A stretch of DNA of 64,000 nt, taken from assembly GCA_964016885.1 (NCBI GenBank), contig OZ024748.1, positions 46,686,001-46,750,000 on the forward strand. Reading direction: 5' to 3'. Every line of letters begins with the position of its first letter. Positions within the stretch are counted from its first letter, which is position 1. Made by a program: the position numbers and the translations under genes. Origin of the DNA: Eledone cirrhosa (lineage: Eukaryota). Below are positions 45,821-58,530 of this stretch, one piece after another. The notes below the pieces were generated by a model. It was not told the origin of the DNA. It was given only the letters and a program-made list of their open reading frames with translations, and ran no database searches.

Positions 45821-46750
45821 TTATCTATAGCATTTTGGAGAAAAACCCGTTGATAACACGGCTTCCTTGTTCAATCATCTTACCAGAAGCCCAACATTCT
45901 TTATGTAGGCGGACAGTACCTGATTTTGGAGTCGCAGAAACCAATACTGGATTTTACCTTCAGTCCAGGGTCCGGGAAAGTATCAACACATATATTTTTA
46001 TTGTTTGACCCGAATTACTTGGTCGTTTGTTTTGGCTGTGCGGATGATATGTTTAACCATCATCTCAGTGTGTTTGGCCCTTAACGTATGTTGTAGCTCT
46101 GATTCACATGAATCATCGAGCGCTTGCCACACATATCGGACGTTGATTTTCGTTAATTCCTGAGCTGAAATACGATTCTCGCTAATTTATATTTGTATTA
46201 ATCTCCAGAGTCTAGCTATTGAGCAGTTAATTTTATTGATTTTTTTAGTTGCTTCTATTGACTGTTGAATAGCTCTGTTATATTTAACCATTCTGTCGAG
46301 AGCTTTATTCGATTTGTGATGTTTTGCATTCTCGCAATATTATACACAACTGAATAATTCGCCTAATGGAGGTGTTACCTCCCTTACTGAACCCCACGTG
46401 GGGTCAGTAATAGCCACACTTATCTATAGCATTTTGGAGCAAAACCCGTTGATAACACGGCTTCCTTGTTCAATCATCTTACCAGAAGCCCAACATTCTT
46501 TATGTAGGCGCACAGTACCTGATTTTGGAGTCGCAGAAACCAATACTGGATTTTACCTTCAGTCCAGGGTCCGGGAAAGTATCAACACATATATTTTTAT
46601 TGTTTGACCCGAATTACTTGGTCGTTTGTTTTGGCTGTGCGGATGATATGTTTAACCATCATCTCAGTGTGTTTGGCTCTTAACGTATGTTGTAGCTCTG
46701 ATTCACATGAATCATCGAGCGCTTGCCACACATATCGGACGTTGATTTTC
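45817..46750 (-). mobile_element. Structured ~599-nt tandem unit (1.55 copies), divergent subfamily; copy C
   Basis: 45817-46151 repeats at 46416-46750 (about 3 differences). The reverse complement shares motif blocks with copy A (GGAGATTAATACAAATATAAATT.GCGAGAATCG, CGGGTCAAACAA, AAGCTCTCGAC, TTATCAAC). Confidence 0.8.
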
Positions 46751-47084
46751 TGTCCTAAGCCATTTTGTTTCTCAAAATGGCGTAGGACAGAACAAAGGAG
46801 AGGCAGAAAAACAAAGAAAAGAATCCCCAGTCACTGAAGAGGTCACAGAATGTGTGACGAAAGAACTTTGACAATATATAAACAACCATTAGGTTGTGGA
46901 ACCAACCAACCAACCAACTGGAAATTTATAAATTCCTAAATTTATAAATTTATTATAATAAATTGAAGTGAGAGCAACTGGTGCGTGTGTTTCTTATTGG
47001 CAACATGACCCTCCCAAAGTATAACAATATCGGTTTCAACACACGTTTTCAGATAAAGAATCTTGCTAAACAAATTCAGAAACG

Positions 47085-47123
<39 letters not shown>

Positions 47124-47519
47124 TGTGTGTGTGTGTGAGAGAGAGAGAGTAACAAAGAGGGAGAAGGTGCGTGTATATGGTGTATATGGTGTATATGTGT
47201 GTGTGTGCGCGTGCATATAACTTTAACCATTTCTGTAGTTCATTGTGAATCAACATTCCCAGTTCATGTGAAGCGCATCCGTATCATATAATGAGCCATT
47301 GTGAAAGTGATTCATTTACAAAATCGTAAACTGCAATACCTCAGTATATTATAGGAAGTAAGAACGACTGACGATGGATAATAAACAAGAAATACATATA
47401 CAATGTTCCTACGCTCTTTGATTACCTGTATAGGAAATATTTATTAGAATTCCCCCAAATAAAATGATCTGCAGACATAATTCAATTGTATGTATACACC
47501 CCAAAATGTTTACATAATT

Positions 47520-47950
47520 TAAATAATTGTTTCTACAAGGCCAGCAATTATCCCAGTGTATTACTGGTGCTTTTTTTATCGATCCCGTAAGGATGGAATG
47601 CAAAGCAAACCTCAGCTGGATCTGAACTCAGAATGTAAAGGTCCATAACTCTATGCTGCAAAGCATGGTGTCTGACGCCCCACCGATACTGCCAATCCAC
47701 CACCTTTTAATTTAAATAATTGTTTCTACTTTTGGCACAAGGCCAACGATTTTCCCCAGTACATTACTGGTACTTTATTTTATCGACCGCGTAAGGATGA
47801 AAGGCAAAGTTAACCTCGGTGGTATTTGAACTCAGAACGTAAAGGTCCATAACTCTATACATGGTCTTTGAAGCTCCACCAATCCAGCCAATGCACCGCC
47901 CTTTAATTTAAATAATTGTTTCTACTTTTGGCACACAAACCCAACAATTA
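47520..47950 (-). mobile_element. Tandem SINE copies (two near-full, one 3' fragment)
   Basis: Reverse complement of the SINE, repeated ~195 bp apart. Confidence 0.85.
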
Positions 47951-47984
47951 CTCATTTTTACAATTTTGTGTGTATGTGTATGTG

Positions 47985-48046
<62 letters not shown>

Positions 48047-48087
48047 TATAATATAAGATCAAAAGATGGTTAAAAGAGTTACAAGTA

Positions 48088-48154
48088 TTTTATTATGCGC
48101 ATTTCAAAAACAAATATCATCATGGGATGATATCTGCGTTCTCATCAGATAAAA
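48088..48154 (-). ncRNA. Type I hammerhead ribozyme motif
   Basis: UUUUAU-CUGAUGA-long stem II (CAGAUAUCAUC/GAUGAUAUUUG)-GAAA-UGCGCA-UA-AUAAAA. Confidence 0.8.
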
Positions 48155-48224
48155 CAGGGAGACATGATATGAAGCTTAAAAAACACTTGTGAGCAGTGAA
48201 GTTTTAAATCAACATATCACCTCC

Positions 48225-48295
<71 letters not shown>

Positions 48296-48343
48296 ATTTG
48301 TGACACCCTATTTGTCACACAATCTTGGGACAACCTATGTATA

Positions 48344-48389
<46 letters not shown>

Positions 48390-48794
48390 GGAAAAATTTG
48401 AACAGGGACAAAACAGAGAGGCAGTACAACGAAATATATATATATATATTTGAAACACCTATGTGTACAATCTTTAATAATTTCTGTCGAATTATCAGAA
48501 ATATGTCTAAATTAATGCTGTATTCTGTCGCACCACGTAGTTCGCTAAATATGTTAGTTTATAGATAGCTTACAGCTAACTCTGGACTTGATAATTATTA
48601 TTTCGTGACAAACGTATTAATATTACAACACATTTCAGACATTTTGTTATCGTTTTTCTATTAATAGTGACAATAACAATAATAAATTAACGATAATTAT
48701 ATAATTAATAATAACATTGTTAATTACTGTAAATATTATGATAATCATCCTTATTACTGCTTCTCATTATATTCATACATTGAGTCATTTATAT

Positions 48795-48852
<58 letters not shown>

Positions 48853-48928
48853 TATTTATATACATCAATATATCTATCTATACATACATGAATGCGTAGA
48901 TACATAAATCTATATCCACACAGCCATC

Positions 48929-48990
<62 letters not shown>

Positions 48991-48993
<3 letters not shown>

Positions 48994-50370
48994 TTAAAAC
49001 AATGAAATAAAAAATCAAGTCATTAGAGATATACTTCACTGCTTTACGATCGTTTCTAGATGGTGATAATACATTGTATCTATACTTAGTTATTGATCTA
49101 TGTAAGTTTACAAACTATCAGATAGAGAGAATATTTACTTACATGCATTATTGCTTTTGAAAACAGCTGGTGATATGCACGATAATGTCGGTATTGTTTT
49201 TTAGTTCATGGGTAATCTCCCATTCACATCGACTCGTGTTGGGTTTGGGTTTAGGTTGCGGTAGTTCATGGTATGGGAAAGTAGCTATGTGGTCACAAAA
49301 TTTGTCCAGAACTCTGTTTCTACCTTTTGTTGGGTTGTAGCTGCTTTTATTCCGTACAATTGATTGGTCGTTATTCTCCTTGTCAAAGAATTCCTCTGTG
49401 AGACATAATTTTCTACAGAAGTGTGAGATATCGTCATTTATCTCATTGACGTTAGAGTATTGTGATGTTGGTGTGAATTTCAGTCCTTTTGAGAGAATTT
49501 TTACTTGTTGGGCTGAGAGGTTTGTATTTGAAAGGGTGATTATTTTCGGTTTTTCAAAATCGGTTTGTGCCACCGGGTGTCGTGGGTCTTGTAGCCTTGG
49601 TCTAAAAAATGATTTTTCTGGAATGTTTTTTCAGGGCGGTGGATTGGCAGTATCGGTAGAGGGTCGGACGCCATGCTTTCCAGCATAGTTACGTCCCTTT
49701 ACGATCTGAGTTCAAATCCCGCCGAGGTTGACTTTGCCTTTCATCCTTACGGGGTCAATAAAATAAAGTACCAGTGATGAACTGGGTAATTGCTGGCCTT
49801 GAGCCTAAAGTAGAAACAATTATTATATCTAATGGCATTTCCCCTGTTGTTGTGTGGTCTTGTATAGAAGTTTCGGACGTATTGAGGTTCGGTTTGTTGA
49901 TAGTCCGGGTTGTAGATTTTGTTCCTTTGTGTGGGTTGGGATCTACGATTTTGGAACAGGCTCTGTGTGGGCAGGGGTCTACGGTTTTGGAATAGGTTTT
50001 GTGTGGGTTGTGATCTGCGGATCGGGTCCTGTCTTGTGATGGGGGATCTTCGGTTTTTGTTAGTAGGGTTATAGTTTTGTCTATAGGTTCTGGGATTATC
50101 GTTATAGTTTTGCTGGCGGTATGTTGGATGTTTTGTTACTTTTTTTGTTGTTTGTTGTGCATGTTTTGTTACTTTCTTTGTTATCTGTTATGCATCTGGT
50201 GTGTGAGTTTTAGTTTGTTTTAAAAATGAGTTACCTGTATGTTCATTTTTGAAATCCATTTCGTAGTTGTTGAACCAGGTGGCGTTTTTTCCCCATCGCT
50301 GGAGGGATGTTAGTTCTTCATCCTCACAGTTTTCTTTCCAAAGTTTTAAGGTTTTTTCATAGAGTAGGCC

Positions 50371-50372
<2 letters not shown>
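48991..50372 (-). mobile_element. Penelope-like element fragment (N-terminal ORF remnant plus 3' pLTR piece), interrupted by a SINE
   Basis: IITLSNTNLSAQQVKILSKGLKFTPT...FCRKL matches the PLE N-terminal motif. The ORF breaks at NTDII, before the usual DKG motif. Half-hammerhead GAAACGAUCGUA at 49045-49056. Confidence 0.75.
49633..49826 (+). mobile_element. SINE inserted in the PLE ORF
   Basis: Full SINE: A-box TGGCAGTATCGG, B-box GAGTTCAAATCC, core and tail. Confidence 0.9.
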
Positions 50373-50408
<36 letters not shown>

Positions 50409-50479
50409 CGTACACACACACGAAGGTGGGCTAAAATGTGTATAGATCGAATATGAAGGTGTAGATGTGAAATTTTACA

Positions 50480-50710
50480 TGCATCAATGTCGTATGTTCG
50501 AATCCTGGGCTGCCTTCTATGTCTTGCTTTTGAGGAAAACACTTCATTTCATGTTGCTCCAGTATACTCAGCTCAGAATGAATACCACCAACAGGTGCGG
50601 GATATTAACCTTGCGATGGACTAGCGTTTTGTCCAGGAGGCATCTTGTACTCTCAGTCGTTTAATGCTACGACATTCGGGATAATCACTAACCCGAAGAG
50701 TCTCCTGAAT
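50480..50710 (+). mobile_element. Second, degenerate SINE family (CORE-like)
   Basis: B-box GTTCGAATCC, CORE-like TTGAGGAAAACACTT...TGCTCCAGT..ACTCAGCT, then CCTTGCGATGGACTAGCG...TGTCCAGG. Confidence 0.55.
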
Positions 50711-50732
50711 TGAGACAGATTTAAGACTTAAA

Positions 50733-51578
50733 CTATGTTTTTAGTGTACCATTCAGTATGGACTCAAGCTTTCCAATGTCATTTCTCATTTCCCTGATTT
50801 GACCATTCAGTCGTTTCTTCCACCAAGGTTCTGATTTTTCTTGTTTGTTGTTTCCTCTCGCTTTTATGCCAAGTAATTTCCTCACCGCATTTGCTGTTGC
50901 TTTGAGGATATTGTTGCACTGGTGAAGGCTCCTCGCCTCAAGGTATGGGATGACTTTGTTTACCTTAGCTGTTGTTTCTTTTAACTTTTTCCTGTCTACA
51001 AATCTTAGGTTCATAGGTTTCCCACTATTATTGTTCAATTCATCTACCAATAAGTTTAGGATATCAACCAAATCTTGTCCTAGCTCGTCAGCATTCATCT
51101 CCTCAATGGCCGTATCTCTGTTCCAGGTATTATTTATTTCAGCATTCAGATAATTGTCTGCTTCGGATGGTTCCTCCGTTCTCTCAACCTCTTCACCTTC
51201 ATTTCCCACTGACTCGTTCACCTGGCATACTCCACTCTCCATTTCCAACCTAATCTCTCTGCTCAGTTCCTCCAGTTCCAGCTCGCTTATCCACCCATTA
51301 GTTCTTATTACCCGAGCCTGCCCGGCCAATTTTTGTTCATCTAATTTAAATAGACCAATCTCGTTCCAGATGTTATGCATCCGTTTCCTATAGCCTTTCT
51401 CCTTGGGGTTACTCTTCAGGTAACATTGCATAACAGTTCTATTCAATTCTTTCGTCCAGTTGGTTCTGATCCCTTTCCTATTTCTTCTTCCTCCGACACC
51501 AGCAGTATTTGGTTGACAGCCAGGTCCCTGCTGCTGAGCCAGGGAGCACCTGCTGGGTGAGAGTCTGTCACATGACAT
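50733..51578 (-). mobile_element. Dong/R4-clade LINE, 5' part of ORF (281 aa, truncated before RT)
   Basis: Motifs W..ELN..VM.CY..S.P...GYRKRM..IW, EQKLAGQARVI and PWWKKRL..QI are typical of R4/Dong N-termini. It starts right after a (TAA)n tract. Confidence 0.7.
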
Positions 51579-51593
51579 TACTATTATTATTAT

Positions 51594-51846
51594 TACAGCT
51601 GCATTTATCTTGCTTTATGTTCATACGAGTTATCACCAAGTCACAACCAGTGACCTCAAGAGACAAGGTCCGCCATGTTCAAGAAAGAACATACATACTC
51701 ACACATGCATCTTTAGGTGTTTTGACTTGTGATGTACTTATATTGACAGAATCTTGCTTAGTATATGGGCAGTTCCCATTAGTACTATCTTTTGTATTTC
51801 TCCTATACGCGGGTTTCCTGGGATTTGCGATAAGTAATCATTAGAC
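51594..51846 (-). mobile_element. Dong/R4 LINE 3' fragment, copy 1
   Basis: Near-identical to 51900-52155 and flanked by (TAA)n. Confidence 0.75.
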
Positions 51847-51899
<53 letters not shown>

Positions 51900-51902
<3 letters not shown>

Positions 51903-52190
51903 AGCTGCATTTATCTTGCTTTATGTTCATACGAGTTATCACCAAGTCACAACCAGTGACCTCAAGAGACAACAAGGTCCGCCATGTTCAAGAAAGAACA
52001 TACATACTCACACATGCATCTTTAGGTGTTTTGACTTGTGATGTACTTATATTGACAGAATCTTCCTTAGTATATGGGCAGTTCCCATTAGTACTATCTT
52101 TTGTATTTCTCCTATACGCGGATTTCCTGGGATTTGCGATAAGTAATCATTAGACCCCTTAGGTATCATTCCTAGAGCGCCTACAACCAC
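51900..52190 (-). mobile_element. Dong/R4 LINE 3' fragment, copy 2 (end of restriction-like endonuclease plus 3' UTR)
   Basis: VVGALGMIPKG...IQKIVLMGTAHILRKILSI*, flanked by (TAA)n on both sides. Confidence 0.8.
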
Positions 52191-52455
52191 TATTATTATT
52201 ATTATTATTATTATTACTATAATTATTATTATTATTATTACTGTTATTATTATGTTGTCATTATTATTCATTTTAAAAGACGAACAAGTCCACAAGCACG
52301 TAACCGGATTTGATGTCAACATAACAGAAAATATAGAAATTATATTGCAATATTGGACGGCAATACACAGATTTCACCACTAACACTTTCAATACAATAT
52401 AATACAATAGACGACAAGACAACGTAAGGTGTGCAACAGGATATATATATGTATG

Positions 52456-52489
<34 letters not shown>

Positions 52490-52810
52490 TGTATGTATGT
52501 ATGTATGTATGTATGTATGTATGTATGTATGCATGTATGTATGTGTGTGTGTATGTATGTATGTGTGTGTGTGTGAAGTTATGTATATCTATACATATGT
52601 ATAGTTATACATATATGTAATTATAAATGTATTCATATATGTGTATATATATATATATATATGTAGTAAGGTATATATATGTATATATATATACATGCGT
52701 ATGTTTGTGTGTGTGTGCGTGTGTATAAGTGTATGTGTGCGTGTGTATAAGTGTATGTGTGAGTGTATATGTGTGTTTAGTTATATATTTATAAGCGCAT
52801 ATATATGTAG

Positions 52811-52854
<44 letters not shown>

Positions 52855-52890
52855 CTACGTTTGTGTGTGTGTGTATCAATGTATGTGTCA

Positions 52891-52957
<67 letters not shown>

Positions 52958-53429
52958 GGAAGAATAAAAAATAATATTTCTATGTATAAACATAGATTAA
53001 ATGAAACGCCATTAAATTCCTGAAACACCGAGACAATGTATTTATCTGAGAATAATACTAAACTAAAACAACATCAATATATTTGTGAATATAGTCATAG
53101 AGATAATAGTAAGAAGTGTCGTATATATTGTTATATTGAGGAAACATATCTGAAAGTTAATAAATGTTTCTACATTTGGCACAAGACCAGCAATTACCCC
53201 TGCTGCGCATCACTGAAACGCGATATCCATTCTGTCCACCGGGGCTGTGGGGGGCGGCCAGCATGTGGGACCCCATTTGCTCATAATACAGGAAGATGTT
53301 ATGGGCGAAATAGATGGGGGCCATGACAATGGGTATTCGGCTCTTCTGAGTTCGGACACATTGCACTTGTCCTATGGATCATGTGATAATTTCATTTTAC
53401 TTGGCACTCATTCACTCACCCACTCAATA

Positions 53430-53630
53430 CTTGTAGGATGAAAGGCATTTGAACTCAGGCGGGATTTGAACTCATACCGTAAAGGACCGTAACTCTATGC
53501 TGCAAAGCATGGCGTCTGAGGCTCTACCGAGACTGCCAAACCACATCTTAAAGTTAATAATGGTTTCTGAATTAGGCACAAGACCTGCAATTGTTTGGGG
53601 AGGGGAAAGTCAATTAAATCGACCCCAGAA
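53430..53630 (-). mobile_element. SINE fragments
   Basis: GGCGGGATTTGAACTCA...ATGCTGCAAAGCATGGCGTCTG is the reverse complement of the SINE head. Confidence 0.75.
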
Positions 53631-53860
53631 GGCTATTCAAGGTCAGCTATTAGTGTTAAATCGGAGGACGGATTGTGTCTACCATATATGTTACCTACAT
53701 TACAATTTCAATTCAAAACACAAAGTCACGGTACAAATACGCCAAAATATTTCGTTTGACACTCAAATAATTCCATAAATTCAATGATTGTCTGTCCTGG
53801 ATTTATATCTAACGGGATACTGAATGTATGAAAGGCAAAGTTGACCTGAAAGAATTTTAA

Positions 53861-54074
53861 CCCTTTAGCATTTAAACCGGCCATATGCGGCCAAAATTCT
53901 CTTCCTGTTCAATCCGGCTGTAATCAGCTCTCATACTATGTTAAGGTATTGTTCTCAAAATAAATAATATCATAATCTCATAGATTCGATATTATGTGGG
54001 ATAATTATGTGAGATAAAGAGTTTACCATGAACATACAATAGTATATATATAGAGCAATGTAGATGCTAACGGG
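53861..54074. mobile_element. piggyBac-like MITE inserted into a SINE
   Basis: TTAA|CCCTTTAGCATTTA ... TAGATGCTAACGGG|TTGA terminal inverted repeats. It splits a SINE B-box. Related copy at ~62728-62940. Confidence 0.7.
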
Positions 54075-54304
54075 TTGAACTCAGAACACACTGAGGATGT
54101 AGGGTCACAAGTATTTGCTTTATCTTACGATACAAAAGTGTCACCTATTTGTAATCGTTTCAAATACACCCAAGAGATCGATCGTTTGATCTGTTGCACA
54201 AACTGGCATAACAAGTGCAGTTCCATCTTAATGCACGAAAATGAACTGCCAATATGATAAATCTGTTATTTATGCCATGTAACTGTTTGTATTTCTGTTG
54301 AATA

Positions 54305-54665
54305 TACATGAGTGTGTGTGCGTGTATGAGTATTATGTATGGATGCGTGTGCGTGTGTTTGTGTATGTGTGCGTTCGTGTGCGTGTTTGTGTTTATGTGT
54401 GTGTGTTATTGTGTATTTGTGTTTGTGTGTATATGTATGTGTATGTACGTATGTGTGTTTATGCATGTGTGTGTATGTGTATGTATGTGTGTGCATATGT
54501 GTGTATGTATATATGTGTGCGTATGTATATATGTGTGCGTATGTACATATGTATGCGTATGTATATGTGTGTGTGAGTATATATGTGTGAGTGTGTGTGA
54601 CTGTTCGTGTGTGTGTTTATGTATGAATGTATGTGTGTGTGTGTGAGTGTATTTGTCTGTGTGCC
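54305..54665. repeat. Degenerate (TG/TATG)n microsatellite
   Basis: Direct observation. Confidence 0.9.
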
Positions 54666-54930
54666 GGTAGTTCACTATGGTCAACAATTTACTCTTCCGT
54701 CAAAGATCAGCCATTATGGTTGGCATAAAGAGTTTCGTATTGAAAATCAATTATTGGGCCATAATATAACGGAAATCGATGATAATTTGATGTAATTATT
54801 TCACATGGCTGCAGCTAATCGATAGAAAATGATCTCTTTGTTCTCTGTCGTTGATTAACCAATATTTTAGAGAGTGATTTCTGGTCATAAAGTTGTAACT
54901 TAAGCACATTGTAATCATTTATATATACAC

Positions 54931-54961
<31 letters not shown>

Positions 54962-54990
54962 TGTATGTATGTATGTATGTATGTATGTAT

Positions 54991-55540
54991 GTCGGGTCAT
55001 ACTTGAGTGCTGCTAGTAACCCAGTACAACCTGTCACATGGTCTGCTCGTCGGTGAATAAACCGACAAGTCCTCCAAGTTTAGTTGGTGAGGAGAGTGAT
55101 TTTGGACATCCAGCAGGACAAAAACAAAACCTGACAAAGGGCCATAGAACTCATAAGAGTCAACGGGCATCCATAAATATGTAAATATGTATATAGATGT
55201 ATACATGTGTGTATATATATGTATATATGTATATACATGTATGCATATGTATGTATGTATATGCAAGGAGACAGAAATAATCGGGCTGGATACCCGATCG
55301 CGCAGTTAAACCACTGGGAGTGAAGGAACCCTAGCCTTTGTCAGGGCATTCTTCTGGGGGAAGACAACCCAGGAAACCGGTATAACTCCGACATAAAACC
55401 TGCGATTCAGTAGTTACCGATGATGTTGATCTTTTATTCTTTTCGGTTATAGCTACTGTCGCTCAGAGAGTGGGATTGGCTCAGTGCACAGTCTTTCCTC
55501 ACGTAAAAAAAAAACTGTTTATGCAGAGTCATTACCCGAT
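54991..55540 (+). mobile_element. RTE-like 5' region, divergent subfamily, split by a microsatellite
   Basis: Shares CCCAGTACAACCTGTC, TTGGTGAGGAG.GTGA.TTTGGACATCC and GATGTTGA with 36680-37285. Confidence 0.6.
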
Positions 55541-55562
55541 AGCATTAATTGATAATGATTAA

Positions 55563-55748
55563 GGGCGTGGATTGGCAGTATCGGTAGAGGGTCGGACGCC
55601 ATGCTTTGACGCATAGAGTTACGTCCCTTGCCATTCTGAGTTCAAATCCCGCCAAGGTTAACTTTGCCTTTCATCCTCATGGGGTCGATGAAATAAAGTA
55701 CCAGTAATGCACTGGTTAATTGCTGGCCTTGTGCCAAAAGTAGAAACA
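55563..55748 (+). mobile_element. Full-length SINE with 19-bp target-site duplication
   Basis: TSD ATTAATTGATAATGATTAA at 55544-55562 and 55749-55767. Confidence 0.9.
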
Positions 55749-55878
55749 ATTAATTGATAATGATTAATAATGTTATATCGTGCAATGGTCATACTTGATT
55801 AAGAGGGGGCAGCCATCATCATGTATGTATGTATGTATGTATGTATGTATGTATGTATGTATGTATGTATCTATATAT

Positions 55879-56425
55879 GTCGTTGGCGACTAAACTGGCA
55901 ACCCCACCAAAGTTTCTTGGTGAGGAGGGTGACTTTGGACATCGGCAGGACTAAAAACAAAACCTGTCAAAGGGCAAAGGAGCTCTTAAGGGTCAATGGC
56001 CATCCAAAATCACCGGGAGAGATGACCCCTTAGCCTTTGTCAAGGCAGAATTCTAGGAGAAGGAAAACTCTGATATAACACCTGCAACCCTGATGGTATC
56101 CAACGATGTTGACTTGTTCTTCTTTTTGGTAAATATCATCTTGGTTAAGAGAGTGGGACTGGCTTTGTGCAGTGCCTTTGCTCACTATAAAAGCTTCACG
56201 GCACAGGCATTGCTTTATATCTGGAGATCTCTCTGCACTTGTCATCACATGGTACCATGGCCCCAGCACTATGTGTCAATAATTGTCACAAGTGTAGTGT
56301 TTGTACCAGAGTTTTCAAGTCGCTGGCTGGACTAAAAAGTCACACTCGTTCAGCGCATCGGTAGGGGTTCTGCTACATGGATATAAAGTAGTGGCCGTAC
56401 TCGAAAACGAGTTGGCAGCCACCAT
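55879..56425 (+). mobile_element. Non-autonomous RTE derivative, copy 2, with (ATGT)n tail
   Basis: Highly similar to 36748-37285, with the same internal junction. Confidence 0.75.
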
Positions 56426-57039
56426 GTATGTATGTATGTATGTATGTATGTATGTATGTATGTATGTATTTATGTATGTATGTATGTATGTATGTATGTA
56501 TGTATGTATGTATATGAAGCTCAGTGATGTTATAAAATACCAAAATAGCTTATGAAATAGGGGGAGGACACTTAAAAGATCGAAAAAGAACTTGAACTTC
56601 CCCCAAAATATACAGAACGAAACAAACCGGACAAAGAATAAAAATAATCGAACAATTATGTCAGTCTTTACTCCTCAATGTATGTGTATGTGTATGCATA
56701 TATAAATATATATGTTTATATTTCTATATATATATGTATATATATGTGTGTGGTTGTATATATGTATGTGTATGTATGGATATGTTGATATTTATGTGTG
56801 TATATATATATGTGTATATGTATGTGTGTGTATATATATACACATATATATGTGTATATGTGTGTGTATGTATGCCTGTATGTATATATATATGTGTGTA
56901 TGTATATACTTGTGTGTGTGTGTGTTTGCATGTGTGTTTTTATTTTATATTTCGTTTCCTTCTTCCTTCTCCAGCCTCACTTTCAAATAGATTGCATTTT
57001 TGTTTTTAGAATCCAATATCAATAAATACACCACGATTT

Positions 57040-57098
57040 TTTCATTCTGATGATTGAAAGCAAGATTTTTGATTTTAAGAAACCACTGGTAAATGGAA
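57040..57098 (+). ncRNA. Type I hammerhead ribozyme motif with intact core
   Basis: UUUCAUU-CUGAUGA-UUGAAAgCAAG..UUUGaUUUUAA-GAAAC-CACUG-GUA-AAUGGAA. Confidence 0.8.
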
Positions 57099-57123
57099 TA
57101 ATTGCCTTATGTTATTTATTACA

Positions 57124-57179
<56 letters not shown>

Positions 57180-57270
57180 TCTAGCGTTAAACTAATATAT
57201 ATCTTCAATGTACAGAACCGTTTACTTTGTTTTTTATCTGTTTACGTTTTACCTTTTTACACATTCACGC

Positions 57271-57372
<102 letters not shown>

Positions 57373-57912
57373 ATGAGAGAGAGAAAGAGAGAGAGAAAAT
57401 AAAAGAAGAAAAGACTGAAGGGAGAGAGGTAGCTAGAATCACAGACATCTAAATAGACCCACATATATATAGATATATAGTTGCAAAGATTATTTAAAAA
57501 GAAATAAAATGTTGTTAATACTAGCTAAGTATATACATACCCATCTCTCTACGTCTATCTCTAGTGTTTAAAAAAAAATATCTTTGCCATATATTTCTCC
57601 TCAAGGCTGTAACAAAATATGAATCTAGAAACCAACAGCAAAGTTGATAGAGAAAATAAATGAAAAATTATAGAAAACCAAGCCATAGTGCAAAATAAAA
57701 GCGAAAACAACAAGCAAAGCATGAAAAACAAAGAAGTTTTGTTAAAATATTTAATGTTTTGTATTCACAACGATACTTTAGAAAGAGAATTTCCTTCCAG
57801 CTGGGATATAGCTAATATCTGATAACTTTGTTCACTCTAACATCTCCTTGCTACCAGCTTGATATTTCACACTTATATAACAGTTATCACGCCTTGTATT
57901 GTAACACACTAT

Positions 57913-58530
<618 letters not shown>

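Noticed and set aside
49036-49121. Complete hammerhead at the PLE 3' piece
   Set aside because: Only the GAAAC-GAUC-GUA half is clear. The upstream CUGAUAG is non-canonical and stem I does not pair.
53200-53420. GC-richer segment with short ORFs inside a SINE
   Set aside because: No recognisable motif. Probably an unclassified transposon fragment.
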